A DNA stretch of 55,177 nucleotides from Pseudolabrys sp. (GCA_019247925.1 JAFBAG010000342.1:1-55177), one strand, 5' to 3'; positions 7,516-18,397 are shown, counted from the first letter of the stretch. Program-made: numbers and translations. Notes: generated from the letters alone by a model not told the origin.

Positions 7516-8409
7516 TTACCGAGGCTGGAGCGATTTGATGTAGATCGCCATGGCTTGGCGGTCCTCCTTGCTCAGTTGCGCCGTGTTGCGCACGACTTCC
7601 GCCATCTCGCCGCCGACCGGTCCGGCGTCCGGCGTTTGCGCATCCTCGAGCATGAGAGCGATATCTTCGGCCGTCCAGTTGGCGAGTTTGCGTTGGGTGA
7701 TATCGGGCGTGCCGCCCTGGCCGCTTGGGCTGGGGCCGCCCGCGAAGCGCTTGCTCTCGATGATGGCGCCGAGCGCGTTGCGCGGCGAATGGCATTCGGC
7801 GCAGTGGCCCGGGCCGTTGACCAGATAGGCGCCGCGATTCCATTCCGGACTTTGGGCCGGCTCCGGCTTGAATTCACGGCCGTCGAGAAAGAGGAATTTC
7901 CAGCCGCCGATCAGAAAGCGCACGTTGAAGGGGAACGGCACGTCGTGGCCGCGGACGCGGCCGCGGACAGGCGGCAAGGTCTTGATGAAGGCGAACAGGT
8001 CGCGCACGTCGTCCCGCATCATGCGCTGATAGGAAGGATACGGAAATGCCGGAAACAGATGTTCGCCGGCGGGCGATGTGCCTTTGGTCATGGCCGTCAC
8101 GAATTGGGCTTCGGTCCATTTCCCGATCCCGTCGTCCTGATCAGGTGAGATGTTTGGCGCATAGAAGGTGCCGAAGGGAGACCGCAGCGCGACGCCGCCG
8201 CCAAGCTTGGTCGGGTCATCCTGCTTGGGCACCGCATGGCAACCGGCGCAGCCTCCGGCAAAAAACATCGTGCGGCCATTCGTAAGATCAGCGGTGCGCG
8301 CCGGCAGCGCGCTCGCCAAAACCGTCTTCGGGATGGTTAGGATCCAGAACGCAAGAAAGCCCATGACCGCGCAGACCGCGGCCAGTACCGGCAATTTGCG
8401 AATCATCAC
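7516..8409 (-). CDS. Membrane-anchored diheme cytochrome c (dehydrogenase cytochrome-subunit-like)
   Basis: N-terminal TM, CAGCH and CAECH heme motifs, SPFGTFYAPNISPD, FPAFPY and GGEMAEVV. Confidence 0.9.
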   Translation of the reverse strand: MMIRKLPVLAAVCAVMGFLAFWILTIPKTVLASALPARTADLTNGRTMFFAGGCAGCHAVPKQDDPTKLGGGVALRSPFGTFYAPNISPDQDDGIGKWTEAQFVTAMTKGTSPAGEHLFPAFPYPSYQRMMRDDVRDLFAFIKTLPPVRGRVRGHDVPFPFNVRFLIGGWKFLFLDGREFKPEPAQSPEWNRGAYLVNGPGHCAECHSPRNALGAIIESKRFAGGPSPSGQGGTPDITQRKLANWTAEDIALMLEDAQTPDAGPVGGEMAEVVRNTAQLSKEDRQAMAIYIKSLQPR

Positions 8410-8573
8410 CGTCTCTCCCGGGCATGATGACGATATCGCCGCGGCAGCGATCCTTCATACCAATTGCGCACCGGCCTTGCCACCTGCGGCGTTTTGCGGA
8501 CAGCGGCAGGAAATATTTCGGCTATGCCGGTGTTTACCGATAAACGCAGCATCTGTCTGATTGGAGCTTGGCA

Positions 8574-9062
8574 ATGACCCGTTACGTTTGCGCCGCCGCA
8601 TTGGCAGTGGCTTTCATCTTCGCAGGCCCGACGACCGGCTGGTCGCAAGCCCCGGCCCAACTCGTCGAACAGCGGCAAGAGATCATGAAGAGCCTCTGGC
8701 CGGCCTATTATCAGGAGATGGCGCGGGTGGTGCGGGGCCAAAGTACGGACATGCCTGGCGTAGCGAGTCGCGCTTCTCAGGCGAGCGAGGCTTTGAAAAA
8801 AGCGGGTCAGGCTTTCGCCCCCGGCACCGGCCGCGATGCTGTGCCCAAGACCCGTGCAACGCCAGCGGTGTGGACGCAACGCGCCGACTTCGAAGCAGCG
8901 CTGATGAGACTCATCACCGAAACCGACGCAATCGGTAGCGCCGCAAAGAGCGGAAATCTCGATGCCGTCAAAGCGCAGTGGTTGAAAGTCGCGGAAGCCT
9001 GTGGCGGCTGCCACGGCGGACCCGCCAAGAGCGGCGGCAAGTTCCGCTTCGAGGAGCCCTAA
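8574..9062 (+). CDS. Class II cytochrome c (c'/c556 type)
   Basis: Signal peptide, RQEIMK, TRATPAVW and C-terminal CGGCH; GGAG RBS at about 8563. Confidence 0.9.
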   Translation: MTRYVCAAALAVAFIFAGPTTGWSQAPAQLVEQRQEIMKSLWPAYYQEMARVVRGQSTDMPGVASRASQASEALKKAGQAFAPGTGRDAVPKTRATPAVWTQRADFEAALMRLITETDAIGSAAKSGNLDAVKAQWLKVAEACGGCHGGPAKSGGKFRFEEP

Positions 9063-9065
9063 GCT

Positions 9066-11339
9066 CTATCGGGCTTTCTCGATCGCCGCCCAGACCCGCT
9101 GGGGCGTCGCCGGCATGTCGATGTGCCGCACACCGTAAGTACGATAGAGCGCGTCGAGAATCGCGTTGATGATGGCAGGGCACGAGCCGATCGCGCCCGC
9201 CTCGCCCGCCCCTTTAACGCCGAGCGGATTGGTCTTGCACGGCACGTTTTTGGTCTCGAACGAAAACCGCGGAGCGTCAATCGCGCGCGGCAGCGCGTAG
9301 TCCATCAGGCTTGCCGACATCAGCTGGCCCGATTGCGGGTCGTACACCGTGTCCTCCATCAGCGCCTGCCCGATGCCTTGCACGGCGCCGCCATGGACCT
9401 GGCCTTCCAGCATCAGCGGATTGATCGTCACGCCGAAGTCGTCAACCACGACGTAGCCGACAATGCGGGTGCGGCCGGTATCGGGATCGATTTCCACTTC
9501 GGCGATGTGCGTGCCATTGGGATAGGTCGGCTGCTCCGGCGTCCAGGTGTCGTCGGCAGCGAGCTTCTCCTGCGCCTTCTTGGCGACATCCGCGAAGCTA
9601 ACGGCGCGGTCGGTGCCGGCGATGCGGATCATGTTGTCTCCGAATTCGATGTCGCCGGGCGCGGCTTCGAGCTGGTCGGCGGCGAGTTTTTTGATCTGCT
9701 GCGCGAGCTTCTTCACCGCGCCTTCGAGCGAAGCGCCGCCGCAGGGAATTGAACTCGAGCCGCCGGTGCCGCCTCCGGTCGGGATCTTGTCGGTATCGCC
9801 CTGGAACATCCGCACTTTATCGGGAGGCAGCCCGAGCTGCTCCGCAACAAGTTGCGCGTAGGCCGTCGCGTGACCCTGACCGGTAGACTGCGACCCGATC
9901 AGGATCGTCACGCCGCCGTCCTGATCGAGCGCGACGGTCGCTTTTTCGGGGCCCATATTGCCGCAGGCTTCGATGTAGGTCGCGATGCCGATGCCGCGCA
10001 GCTTGCCCTGCTTCTTCGCTGCGGCTGCGCGCTTCTTGAAACCATCCCAGCCGATCGCCTCCTGGGCGCGGGTGAGATGCGTCGCGAAATCGCCGCTATC
10101 GTAGATTTTTCCGGTCGGAGTCGTGTAGGGCATCGCGCGAGGCTTGATGAAGTTCCTGCGGCGGATGACATCCGGCGCAATGCCGGTCTCCCGCGCCGCG
10201 GCGTCCACCAAACGCTCGATCAGATAAGACGCCTCCGGCCGGCCCGCGCCCCTATAGGCATCGACGGGCACCGTATTGGTGAACACCGCGCGCAGCCGGA
10301 CATGCCCGGCCGGAATGTCGTAGACACCCGACGCCATGCCGGCGCCAAGCCACGGAATGTAAGGGGCGTAGCAAGACAGATACGCGCCCATATCCGCAAT
10401 AATGTCCACGTCGAGCGCCAGGAATTTGCCCTGCGCATCGAGACCGAGGCGCGCGCTGGTGATGTTGTCGCGGCCGTGACTGTCGCCGAGGAAATGCTCG
10501 GTGCGCTCCGCCACCCACTTGACCGGCTTGCGCAACTTCTCGGCGGCGACTGCGGTCAGCGCATATTCGCGATAGGGGAACAGCTTCGTTCCGAAACCGC
10601 CGCCGACGTCGGGCGTGATGACCCGCATTTTGTCCGGCGCGATCTTGAGCACTTCGCCGCAAATGATATCGCGGACGATATGACTGCCCTGGCTGCCAAG
10701 CGTGAGCGTGTAGCGCGCGCCGTCGTACTCCGCGATCACGCCGCGTGTATCCATGTAATTCGTGACCAGACGCTGATTGACGATCTTGACTTCGACCTGG
10801 CGGGCAGCCTGCGCCATGGCCGATTTCGTCGCCGCGGCGTCGCCGAGCTCGGTTTCGAAAGAGAGGTTGGGCTGGTCCGGCCAGACTTGAGCGGCGCTTT
10901 TCTCAAGCGCAGCTTCCGCGCCGATCACATGCGGCAGCGGCTCCCAGTCGATCTCGATCGCTTCGGCAGCGTCACGCGCCTGCTGCAGCGTGTCGCCGAC
11001 GATGAAAGCAACTGCGTCGCCCACGTGTCGCACGGTGTCTTTGACCAGGATCGGATAGTGGGGAACCTTGATGGTCGGACCTGGAATGACACCGGGCGTC
11101 GGCAGATTACCGAGATGCGGGATGTCCGACGCCGTCAAAATCAGGCGAACGCCGGGGAGCGCCTTTGCCCGCTCGCGATCGACGATTCGAAATTTGGCAT
11201 GCGCATGCGGCGAGCGCAGCACCACGGCATGTAACGCGCCCGATGGCGCGTAGTCGGCGACGTAACGGCCACCGCCGCGCAGCAGCGGATCGTCCTCTTT
11301 GCGCCGTAGCGCTTGTCCGACCCCGAACTTTGGAGCCAT
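9066..11339 (-). CDS. Xanthine dehydrogenase-family molybdopterin-binding subunit (CoxL-like, form II motif)
   Basis: DVGGGFGTK, AYRGAGRPE, GQGHATA, GQVHGG and KGAGEAG motifs. Confidence 0.93.
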   Translation of the reverse strand: MAPKFGVGQALRRKEDDPLLRGGGRYVADYAPSGALHAVVLRSPHAHAKFRIVDRERAKALPGVRLILTASDIPHLGNLPTPGVIPGPTIKVPHYPILVKDTVRHVGDAVAFIVGDTLQQARDAAEAIEIDWEPLPHVIGAEAALEKSAAQVWPDQPNLSFETELGDAAATKSAMAQAARQVEVKIVNQRLVTNYMDTRGVIAEYDGARYTLTLGSQGSHIVRDIICGEVLKIAPDKMRVITPDVGGGFGTKLFPYREYALTAVAAEKLRKPVKWVAERTEHFLGDSHGRDNITSARLGLDAQGKFLALDVDIIADMGAYLSCYAPYIPWLGAGMASGVYDIPAGHVRLRAVFTNTVPVDAYRGAGRPEASYLIERLVDAAARETGIAPDVIRRRNFIKPRAMPYTTPTGKIYDSGDFATHLTRAQEAIGWDGFKKRAAAAKKQGKLRGIGIATYIEACGNMGPEKATVALDQDGGVTILIGSQSTGQGHATAYAQLVAEQLGLPPDKVRMFQGDTDKIPTGGGTGGSSSIPCGGASLEGAVKKLAQQIKKLAADQLEAAPGDIEFGDNMIRIAGTDRAVSFADVAKKAQEKLAADDTWTPEQPTYPNGTHIAEVEIDPDTGRTRIVGYVVVDDFGVTINPLMLEGQVHGGAVQGIGQALMEDTVYDPQSGQLMSASLMDYALPRAIDAPRFSFETKNVPCKTNPLGVKGAGEAGAIGSCPAIINAILDALYRTYGVRHIDMPATPQRVWAAIEKAR

Positions 11340-11345
11340 GTCCTT

Positions 11346-14300
11346 CTACTCCGCTGGCTGACGCCTCAGGCGCCGGGCCCCGACCCGTTCGGCGATCCAG
11401 CGCGACACGACGTAGAACACCGGCGTGAAGATCAAACCGAACACGGTGACGCCAATCATGCCGGAAAACACGGCCGTGCCAAGGGTCTGGCGCAGTTCGG
11501 CACCGGCCCCCGTCGCCCAGACCAGCGGGACCACGCCGAACACGAAGGCCAGCGAGGTCATCAGGATCGGGCGCAGCCGCAAATGGGCGGCTTCGATCGC
11601 CGCGGCCAACCGGTCTTGGCCCTGATCTTCGAGCTGTTTGGCGAATTCGACGATCAAGATCGCGTTCTTGGCGGCAAGGCCGATCAGCACGATGAACCCG
11701 ACCTGGGTGAGAATATTATTGTCTTGACCGCGCAGCACCACGCCGGTGATGGAAGCGACGAGGCACATCGGAACGATGAGGATGATGGCCAAAGGCAGCG
11801 TCAAGCTTTCGAACTGGGCGGCCAGCACCAGAAAGACGAACACGACGCCGAGAGCGAAGGCAAAGACCGCGGTATTGCCGGCCTTGGCCTGCTGATAGGC
11901 AAGCGTGGTCCACTCGAAGGTAAATCCAGGCGGCAGGGTCTCGGCGGCGAGCCTCTCCATGATCTTGATGGCTTGCCCCTGCGAGTAGCCGGGCGCCGCG
12001 GCGCCATCGAGCTCCGCCGCAGTGTAAAGATTGTAGCGCGGCACGCGGAACGGACCCGATTGACTGCTGACGGTGGTGAACGAGCCCAGCGGCACTGTTT
12101 CGCCGGCCGCGTTGCGCACCCGAAGCTTGAGAACGTCATCCGGCTCCAGCCGAAATTCCGACGAGGCCTGCGCCTGCACGCGGAAGGTGCGGCCGAACAG
12201 GTTGAAGTCGTTGACGTAAGCCGAGCCGATATAGACCTGCAACGCATTGAACACGTCGGGCAGATTGATGCCCAAGAGCTGCGCCTTGGTCCGGTCGATG
12301 TCGAGGAACAGCTGTGGCGTCTGCGTCTCGAACAGCGAGAACACCTGCATCACGCCCGGCGTCTGCGCAGCCCGTCCCATCATCGCATAGACGGCGCCTT
12401 GCAGCGCGGCCGGCCCGGCGCCGCCGCGGTCCTCGACCATCATGCGGAAGCCGCCGGCATTGCCGATGCCCTGCACCGGCGGCGGCTGGACAACGAATAC
12501 GGCTGCTTCCTGGATCGCCATCATCTTGCCGAACAGCGCGCCCTGGATGGCGGCCGCCGATTGGCGCGGATCGCCGGCGCGCTTCTTGAAGTCGTCGAGC
12601 ACCAGGAAGATGGCGCCGGAGTTCGGCGCGTTTGTAAACGTGGCCCCGGAGAATCCGACGACGCGGATCGCGTGACCCACGCCCGGCTGCGATGCCGCGA
12701 TCTCGTAAGCACGCTTCATGACTTCGTCGGTACGCTGCAACGAAGCGCCGGGTGGCAATTGCGCCGCCACGATCAGATAGCCACGGTCCTGTTGCGGGAT
12801 GAAACCTTGCGGCACAAGGCTAAAGCCGGTGAGGCCGCCGACAAGAATGATTGCATAAATACCGACCATCACGACGGCGATGCGCACGACCTTGCCCGTC
12901 AGCCAGCTGTAGCGTTCGCTCAGCCAGTCGAAGCCGCGATTGAAATGCTCGAAGAAGCGGTGGATCGGCACTTCCCACGGCCGCTCCTTGCGCCGGTGGC
13001 GCGGCGTGTGCGGCTTCAGGAAGATCGCGCACATCGCAGGTGACAGCGTCAGCGATACCAGCAGCGAGATCACCGTCGAGCCGGCGATGGTCAACGCGAA
13101 CTGCCGGTAGAACTGGCCGGAAATGCCGGTAATGAACGCCGCAGGGATAAACACCGCGCACAGAACGAGCGCGATCGCGACCAGCGCCGACCCGACCTCG
13201 TCCATGCTTTTGTGCGCCGCCTCGCGCGGCGATAGACCGTTGGCGATGTTGCGCTCGACGTTCTCGACCACGACGATCGCGTCATCGACGACGATGCCGA
13301 TCGCCAGAACAAGGCCGAACAGCGACAGATTGTTGATCGTGAAGCCGAACAGGCTCATCGCGAAGAAAGTGCCGATGAGCGAAATCGGAATGGCGACAAT
13401 GGGAATGATGGCCGCGCGCCACGTCTGCAGGAACAGGATCACGACCAGAACGACGAGCACCATCGCTTCGAAGATGGTTTCGACCACCGCGTCGACCGAC
13501 TGGCGAATGAACGTCGTGGGGTCGTAGATGATCGTGTGCCGGACCCCGAGCGGAAAATCGCGCGCCAAAGTCGCCATGGCGCTGCGGATGGCCTCGCCCG
13601 TCGCCAACGCATTCGATCCGGGGCGCTGAAAGACGGCGAGCGCGATCGATTGATCCTTGTCGAGATAGGAGCTCGACGAATAATCCTGCGCGGCGAGCTC
13701 GGCCCGGCCGATATCCTTGATGCGCACGACGGCGTTCGCCGTCTGCTTGACGACAATATTACCGAACTCCGCGGGATCGCTGAGCCGGCCCAACGTGCGC
13801 ACCGCGATCTGGAAGGCGAGTTGCTCCGTGACCGGCGGCTGATTGAGAACGCCGGACGCCACTTGGATGTTTTGGCCCTGCAGCGCCTGCGTCACGTCCG
13901 CCGCGGTCAAATTCAATGACTGCATGCGGTCGGGGTCGAGCCAGACCTGCATGGCGTAGTCGCGCGCGCCGAAGATGATGATCGAACCCACGCCGTCGAT
14001 GCGGCTGAGAACGTCCTTTACCTGAAGATTGGCGAAGTTCGACATGAACAACGCGTCGCGCGATCCGTCCGGCGAGAACAGGTTCACGACCATCAAGATA
14101 TCGGGCGAACTCTTGGCGACGGTCACGCCGATCTGCTGCACCGTCTGCGGCAAGCGCGGCGTCGCGGTCGAGACCCGGTTCTGGACCTGCACCTGCGCGA
14201 TATCGAGGTTGGTGCCGATATCGAACGTGACGGAGATGGAAAACTTGCCGTCCGCCGTCGCGTTCGACGACAGGTACAGCATGTTTTCAACGCCGTTCAC

Positions 14301-14510
14301 CTGTTGCTCGATCGGCGCCACCACGGTTTCGGCGACCACCTCGGCGCTAGCGCCCGGATATTGACCGTTGATGTTGATGATCGGCGGCGCGATCTCCGGA
14401 TACTGCGCGATGGGCAGGCGTATGAACGAAACGCCGCCGAGGATGATGAACACGATCGAGACGACAGAGGCGAAGATCGGCCGGTCGATAAAGAAGTGCG
14501 ATATGCGCAT
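11346..14510 (-). CDS. HAE1-family RND efflux permease
   Basis: FFIDRPIFA, LPIAQYP, GIVVDDAIVVVEN, AKNAILIVEFA and RLRPILMT motifs. Start at ATG 14510. Confidence 0.96.
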   Translation of the reverse strand: MRISHFFIDRPIFASVVSIVFIILGGVSFIRLPIAQYPEIAPPIININGQYPGASAEVVAETVVAPIEQQVNGVENMLYLSSNATADGKFSISVTFDIGTNLDIAQVQVQNRVSTATPRLPQTVQQIGVTVAKSSPDILMVVNLFSPDGSRDALFMSNFANLQVKDVLSRIDGVGSIIIFGARDYAMQVWLDPDRMQSLNLTAADVTQALQGQNIQVASGVLNQPPVTEQLAFQIAVRTLGRLSDPAEFGNIVVKQTANAVVRIKDIGRAELAAQDYSSSSYLDKDQSIALAVFQRPGSNALATGEAIRSAMATLARDFPLGVRHTIIYDPTTFIRQSVDAVVETIFEAMVLVVLVVILFLQTWRAAIIPIVAIPISLIGTFFAMSLFGFTINNLSLFGLVLAIGIVVDDAIVVVENVERNIANGLSPREAAHKSMDEVGSALVAIALVLCAVFIPAAFITGISGQFYRQFALTIAGSTVISLLVSLTLSPAMCAIFLKPHTPRHRRKERPWEVPIHRFFEHFNRGFDWLSERYSWLTGKVVRIAVVMVGIYAIILVGGLTGFSLVPQGFIPQQDRGYLIVAAQLPPGASLQRTDEVMKRAYEIAASQPGVGHAIRVVGFSGATFTNAPNSGAIFLVLDDFKKRAGDPRQSAAAIQGALFGKMMAIQEAAVFVVQPPPVQGIGNAGGFRMMVEDRGGAGPAALQGAVYAMMGRAAQTPGVMQVFSLFETQTPQLFLDIDRTKAQLLGINLPDVFNALQVYIGSAYVNDFNLFGRTFRVQAQASSEFRLEPDDVLKLRVRNAAGETVPLGSFTTVSSQSGPFRVPRYNLYTAAELDGAAAPGYSQGQAIKIMERLAAETLPPGFTFEWTTLAYQQAKAGNTAVFAFALGVVFVFLVLAAQFESLTLPLAIILIVPMCLVASITGVVLRGQDNNILTQVGFIVLIGLAAKNAILIVEFAKQLEDQGQDRLAAAIEAAHLRLRPILMTSLAFVFGVVPLVWATGAGAELRQTLGTAVFSGMIGVTVFGLIFTPVFYVVSRWIAERVGARRLRRQPAE

Positions 14511-14520
14511 GCCGGACGGC

Positions 14521-15726
14521 CTATTTCGGCGCCGCGGCGCCCGGGGCACCTTGCACGGGTTGCTGACCCTCTTTCATCGGTGTGACCTTGGCGCCGGGGC
14601 GCGCCCGCATCAGCCCGTTGACGATTACCTGATCGTCGGGCCCGAGCCCCTCTTTTATCACGCGAAGCTTGTCGGCCGTGAGCTGGCCCGCAGTCACGTA
14701 TTTCGGGACCACCGTGCCGTCCGGCGCGACCGTCAGCACAAATTTCCGGACCTGCTCGGTACCGATCGCGGCATCCGGAACCAAGAGACCTTCGTAGGGC
14801 GGCGAGCCCGGAACCCGGACCCGCGCGAACATCCCCGGCGTGAACACGCCCTTGGGGTTGGCGAAGACGCCGCGGCCACGAATCGTGCCCGACGTGCGGT
14901 CAATCGCGTTATCGACAAAGTCCATGCGGCCGGCATGATCGAAATCCCGCTCATCGATTAGTTTGAGCGCGATTTCAAGTCCGGCGCTGCGGCTTTGGCC
15001 GTCCGGCGTCTGGGTGCCGGCGGCTTGCGCGCTGCGCTCGTAGCGCAGATAGGATGCTTCGTCGAAGGTGAATTCGAGCCGGATCGGGTCGATCGAGACG
15101 ATGCTTGCCAGCATCGTCGTCGTACCCCCAGCGCCGCCGGTCACAAGATTGCCTGGCGATACGCGGCGGTCGCCGATGCGGCCCGCAATCGGCGCGCGCA
15201 GCTCGGTGAACTCGATGTCGAGTTCGGCTTGGCGCAGGGCCGCCTCACCCGAGGCAACGGCGGCTTGCGCATTGCGGAAAGCCTGAGAGCGCTGCTCGAA
15301 GGTCTGCTCGGTGATCGTCTTGTCGCGTACGAGCTGCTGGCCGCGGTTGAAGTCAGCTTCGCTGAAAGACAGGTTGGACTTCGCCTGCGTCAGTGTCGCG
15401 CGGGCCTGCTCGACGACATTCTGGAACGGACGCTTGTCGATCGTGAACAGGAGATCGCCCTGCTTCACGAGCTGACCGTCGGTAAAATGCACGGCTTCGA
15501 GGTAGCCGGACACGCGCGCGCGAACTTCAACGGAATTCACCGCGACAAAGCGGCCCACATATTCATCGTAGTCAACAACCGTGCGTTTGATCGGGTTCGC
15601 GACGGTGACTGGCGGCGGTGGAGCGGCTTGCTGCTTTTGACTGTCGCCGCAGCCGGCGAGCGTCAACGATGCCGCCGCGGCGAGAAGCAGCGCGATTCGA
15701 TGCGTGAACGAGAGAGCGTCTTTCAT
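14521..15726 (-). CDS. RND periplasmic adaptor (MFP), lipoprotein
   Basis: Lipobox LAGC, VEVRARVSGY, LRAPIAGRIG and PGMFARV motifs. Confidence 0.94.
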   Translation of the reverse strand: MKDALSFTHRIALLLAAAASLTLAGCGDSQKQQAAPPPPVTVANPIKRTVVDYDEYVGRFVAVNSVEVRARVSGYLEAVHFTDGQLVKQGDLLFTIDKRPFQNVVEQARATLTQAKSNLSFSEADFNRGQQLVRDKTITEQTFEQRSQAFRNAQAAVASGEAALRQAELDIEFTELRAPIAGRIGDRRVSPGNLVTGGAGGTTTMLASIVSIDPIRLEFTFDEASYLRYERSAQAAGTQTPDGQSRSAGLEIALKLIDERDFDHAGRMDFVDNAIDRTSGTIRGRGVFANPKGVFTPGMFARVRVPGSPPYEGLLVPDAAIGTEQVRKFVLTVAPDGTVVPKYVTAGQLTADKLRVIKEGLGPDDQVIVNGLMRARPGAKVTPMKEGQQPVQGAPGAAAPK

Positions 15727-15835
15727 GAGGATTAGAACCAACCAGCCGTCGGGCCCGGGCTCGTTTCACTTAATGTTTGGAGAGAATTATGTCCACCTCA
15801 CCCTGCGACCGCGCGAGGCTGTCACATGATTGTTT

Positions 15836-17371
15836 TCATGGATTCTTTTGATGAATCCGCCGCAGCCGGCTGATGCCAAACAAGGCCATAAGCGCGCCGC
15901 CGTAAACCAGCGCGCCGACCAGGAGCAAAATCGCAAGCACGCTTTCAGCGCGCAGCGATACGGCGTGCTGCACGAAGCGCTCCGCGAGTGGCCCCGCGAG
16001 ATACAGGCACACCGCCAGCGCAACGCCTGCGACGGCGAGCCGCACCAGCACTGTACGCACGCCGGCGTCGGGACGCGTCAATCCAGCGCGCCGCGCGAAC
16101 CAGGCCACGAGCACAAAATTGACCCAGGCGCCTATCGAAGTTGCGAGCGCCAGGCCGACCTGTTGCAGCAGGCCCATCAAAAGAATCTTGAGAACGATGT
16201 TCACGCCGACGCCGACCAAGGCGGCCTTTACCGGCGTCGCGGTATCGCCGCGCGCGAGGAAGCTCGCGACGGTCGAGCGGATCAGCACGAAGGGCAGCAG
16301 GCCGATTGCATAAGCCATCAATGTTTGCGCGGCGGCCGCTGCGTCGGCGGCGGTGAAAGCGCCCCGCAGGAAGAGCGCGCGCACGATGACTTCGGGCACG
16401 ACCAGGAAAGCGGCGAGACACGGAATGCTCAGCAGTAGCGTGAATTCAATGGCGCGATTCTGCGCCGCCCTGGCCCCGCTCTCATCGCCGGCTGCGATCC
16501 GGCGCGCCATTTCCGGCAGGATCACTGTGCCCGCCGCGATGCCGATCACGCCGATCGGCAATTGATTGAGCCGGTCGGCATAATAAAGCGCCGAAATCGC
16601 ACCGACCGGCAGAAACGTGGCGATGATCGTGTCGGCAAACAATGCGAGCTGCACGCCACCGGATCCGATCGTCGCCGGGCCCAACGCGCGGAAAAATTGT
16701 TTTACGTCGGGATTAAATTTGGGCTTGGCCAAGCCGGGCAATACACCGGTGCGCTTCGCGTCCCACCCGACCAGAAGAGCTTCGAGGATACCTGCGGCAA
16801 GCACGCCCCACGCCGCGGCGTGGCCGGCCGTGGGAAAGAAGGCGGCAAACGCGAGAGCGACGATCATCGACAGATTGAGAAAGATCGGCGCCGCCGCCGG
16901 GCTCGCGAAGTGCTGTAGCGTGTTCAACATGCCGCTGTAGAGCGTCACCAGGGTGACAAGCAGCAAATAGGGAAACGTGATCCGCGTGAGTTCGATCGCG
17001 AGCGAATAGCGCGCGGGATCCTTGGCGAGACCCGGAGCCAGAATGTCGATGACCTGTGACGTGAACAGGAGCGCCAAAGCGAGCAGCCCAAGTTGGCTCG
17101 CCAGAAGCAGGGTAAAAATCCGGTCCGCAAAAACCGCGGCGCGCGGCGCGCCTTGCTGTTCGCGGACGCGGGCATAGGAAGGCACGAAGGCGGCGTTAAA
17201 AGCGCCTTCGGCGAAGATGGCGCGGAAATGATTGGGGAGCCGCAGCGCGACGAAGAACGCGTCAGCGACCGGGCCGGCGCCGAGCACCGCGGCGAGAATG
17301 ATATCGCGGACGAATCCGGTGATCCGCGAGAGCAGCGTGAAGCCGCCGACGGTGAGGATGCGCCCTATCAT
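15836..17371 (-). CDS. murJ: Lipid II flippase MurJ
   Basis: SRITGFVRD, RLPNHFRAIFAEGAF and LYYADRLNQLP motifs. Confidence 0.96.
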   Translation of the reverse strand: MIGRILTVGGFTLLSRITGFVRDIILAAVLGAGPVADAFFVALRLPNHFRAIFAEGAFNAAFVPSYARVREQQGAPRAAVFADRIFTLLLASQLGLLALALLFTSQVIDILAPGLAKDPARYSLAIELTRITFPYLLLVTLVTLYSGMLNTLQHFASPAAAPIFLNLSMIVALAFAAFFPTAGHAAAWGVLAAGILEALLVGWDAKRTGVLPGLAKPKFNPDVKQFFRALGPATIGSGGVQLALFADTIIATFLPVGAISALYYADRLNQLPIGVIGIAAGTVILPEMARRIAAGDESGARAAQNRAIEFTLLLSIPCLAAFLVVPEVIVRALFLRGAFTAADAAAAAQTLMAYAIGLLPFVLIRSTVASFLARGDTATPVKAALVGVGVNIVLKILLMGLLQQVGLALATSIGAWVNFVLVAWFARRAGLTRPDAGVRTVLVRLAVAGVALAVCLYLAGPLAERFVQHAVSLRAESVLAILLLVGALVYGGALMALFGISRLRRIHQKNP

Positions 17372-17404
17372 CGGCGCGAGCTTACGCGAAAAGCCTGAGT
17401 CGCG

Positions 17405-18397
17405 TCAGCCAACGACGGCGCGTGGCGCCTGCCGCGCGGGCGCATTGGCGGGCCGGTGATCGAGACAGCGCAGCGCGATTTCGAGTGAAGCCACAGCCTC
17501 CTCACCGGTCACGGCGGGTTTGCCGCCGGTGCGAGCGGCCTCGATAAACGCCAGCAGTTCCGCCCGCAGCGGTTCGGCGTGGCCGACGGAGAGATGGCGC
17601 ATCGAGTAACTGCCGTCAGGCTGGAAGCCGAAACATTCCGTGACCTGACGCGTGATCAAATCGGCCATCACATATTTGCCACGCGTGGCCACCGTGACGT
17701 TGCGGGCCTTGAAGGGCGTGAGCCAGTTCGTGTTGATGTGAGCGAGCACGCCCGATGCGGTGCGGAATTGCAGGAGCGCGATGTCCTCGCGTTCGGCGAC
17801 TGCGCTCGAGATCTGCGACTGAACGTCGATAATGTCGGAATCCGTGAACCAGCGGATCAGGTCGATATCGTGGACGGCGAGGTCGACCACCACGCCGACA
17901 TTCGACATGCGCGGGGGAAATGGCCCCACCCGGGTGATGCCGATCGAAAGGATATCCTCGTCGCGGATGGCCGCCTTGACCGCTTCCACCGCCGGATTGA
18001 AGCGTTCGACATGGCCGACCATCAGAGTGACGCCGGCGCGGCGGGCGGCGGCCACCAGCTCCCGCCCTTCCTCGGCACTCGACGCGATCGGCTTTTCGAC
18101 CAGGATGTGGACGCCTCGCGCGATGCAGGCGAGCGCGATGTCGTGATGCAAATGGGTCGGCGCGGCAATGGTGACAGCCTGCGGGCCGGCTGCGAGCAAT
18201 TCATCGACTGAGCTGAACGCGGCACAGCCAAGCGTCCGCGCCACAAAATCTGTCTGTTTGCGGTCCGGATCGGCGACGCCAACGAGAGTCGCGCCGTTCA
18301 GCCCGGCGAGAACGCGGGCATGGTTCGACCCCATGACGCCGACGCCAACGACGCCGATGCGGATTGGCTTTGCTTCTTCGACTGTGGCGGAAGTCAT
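17405..18397 (-). CDS. Gfo/Idh/MocA oxidoreductase (GnnA/WlbA-like UDP-sugar 3-dehydrogenase)
   Basis: GVVGVGVMG, LVEKPI, VGHVERFNPA and DLAVHDIDL motifs; LPS gene context. Start probably ATG 18397. Confidence 0.85.
   Translation of the reverse strand: MTSATVEEAKPIRIGVVGVGVMGSNHARVLAGLNGATLVGVADPDRKQTDFVARTLGCAAFSSVDELLAAGPQAVTIAAPTHLHHDIALACIARGVHILVEKPIASSAEEGRELVAAARRAGVTLMVGHVERFNPAVEAVKAAIRDEDILSIGITRVGPFPPRMSNVGVVVDLAVHDIDLIRWFTDSDIIDVQSQISSAVAEREDIALLQFRTASGVLAHINTNWLTPFKARNVTVATRGKYVMADLITRQVTECFGFQPDGSYSMRHLSVGHAEPLRAELLAFIEAARTGGKPAVTGEEAVASLEIALRCLDHRPANAPARQAPRAVVG

Noticed and set aside
8410-8573. FixK/FNR or RegR box between the cytochrome genes
   Set aside because: No TTGAT-N4-ATCAA; GCGGC half-sites lack a convincing partner.
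9066-11339. Bona fide aerobic CO dehydrogenase
   Set aside because: The active-site loop is AYRGAGR, not the form I AYxCSFR, and no cox accessory genes are present.
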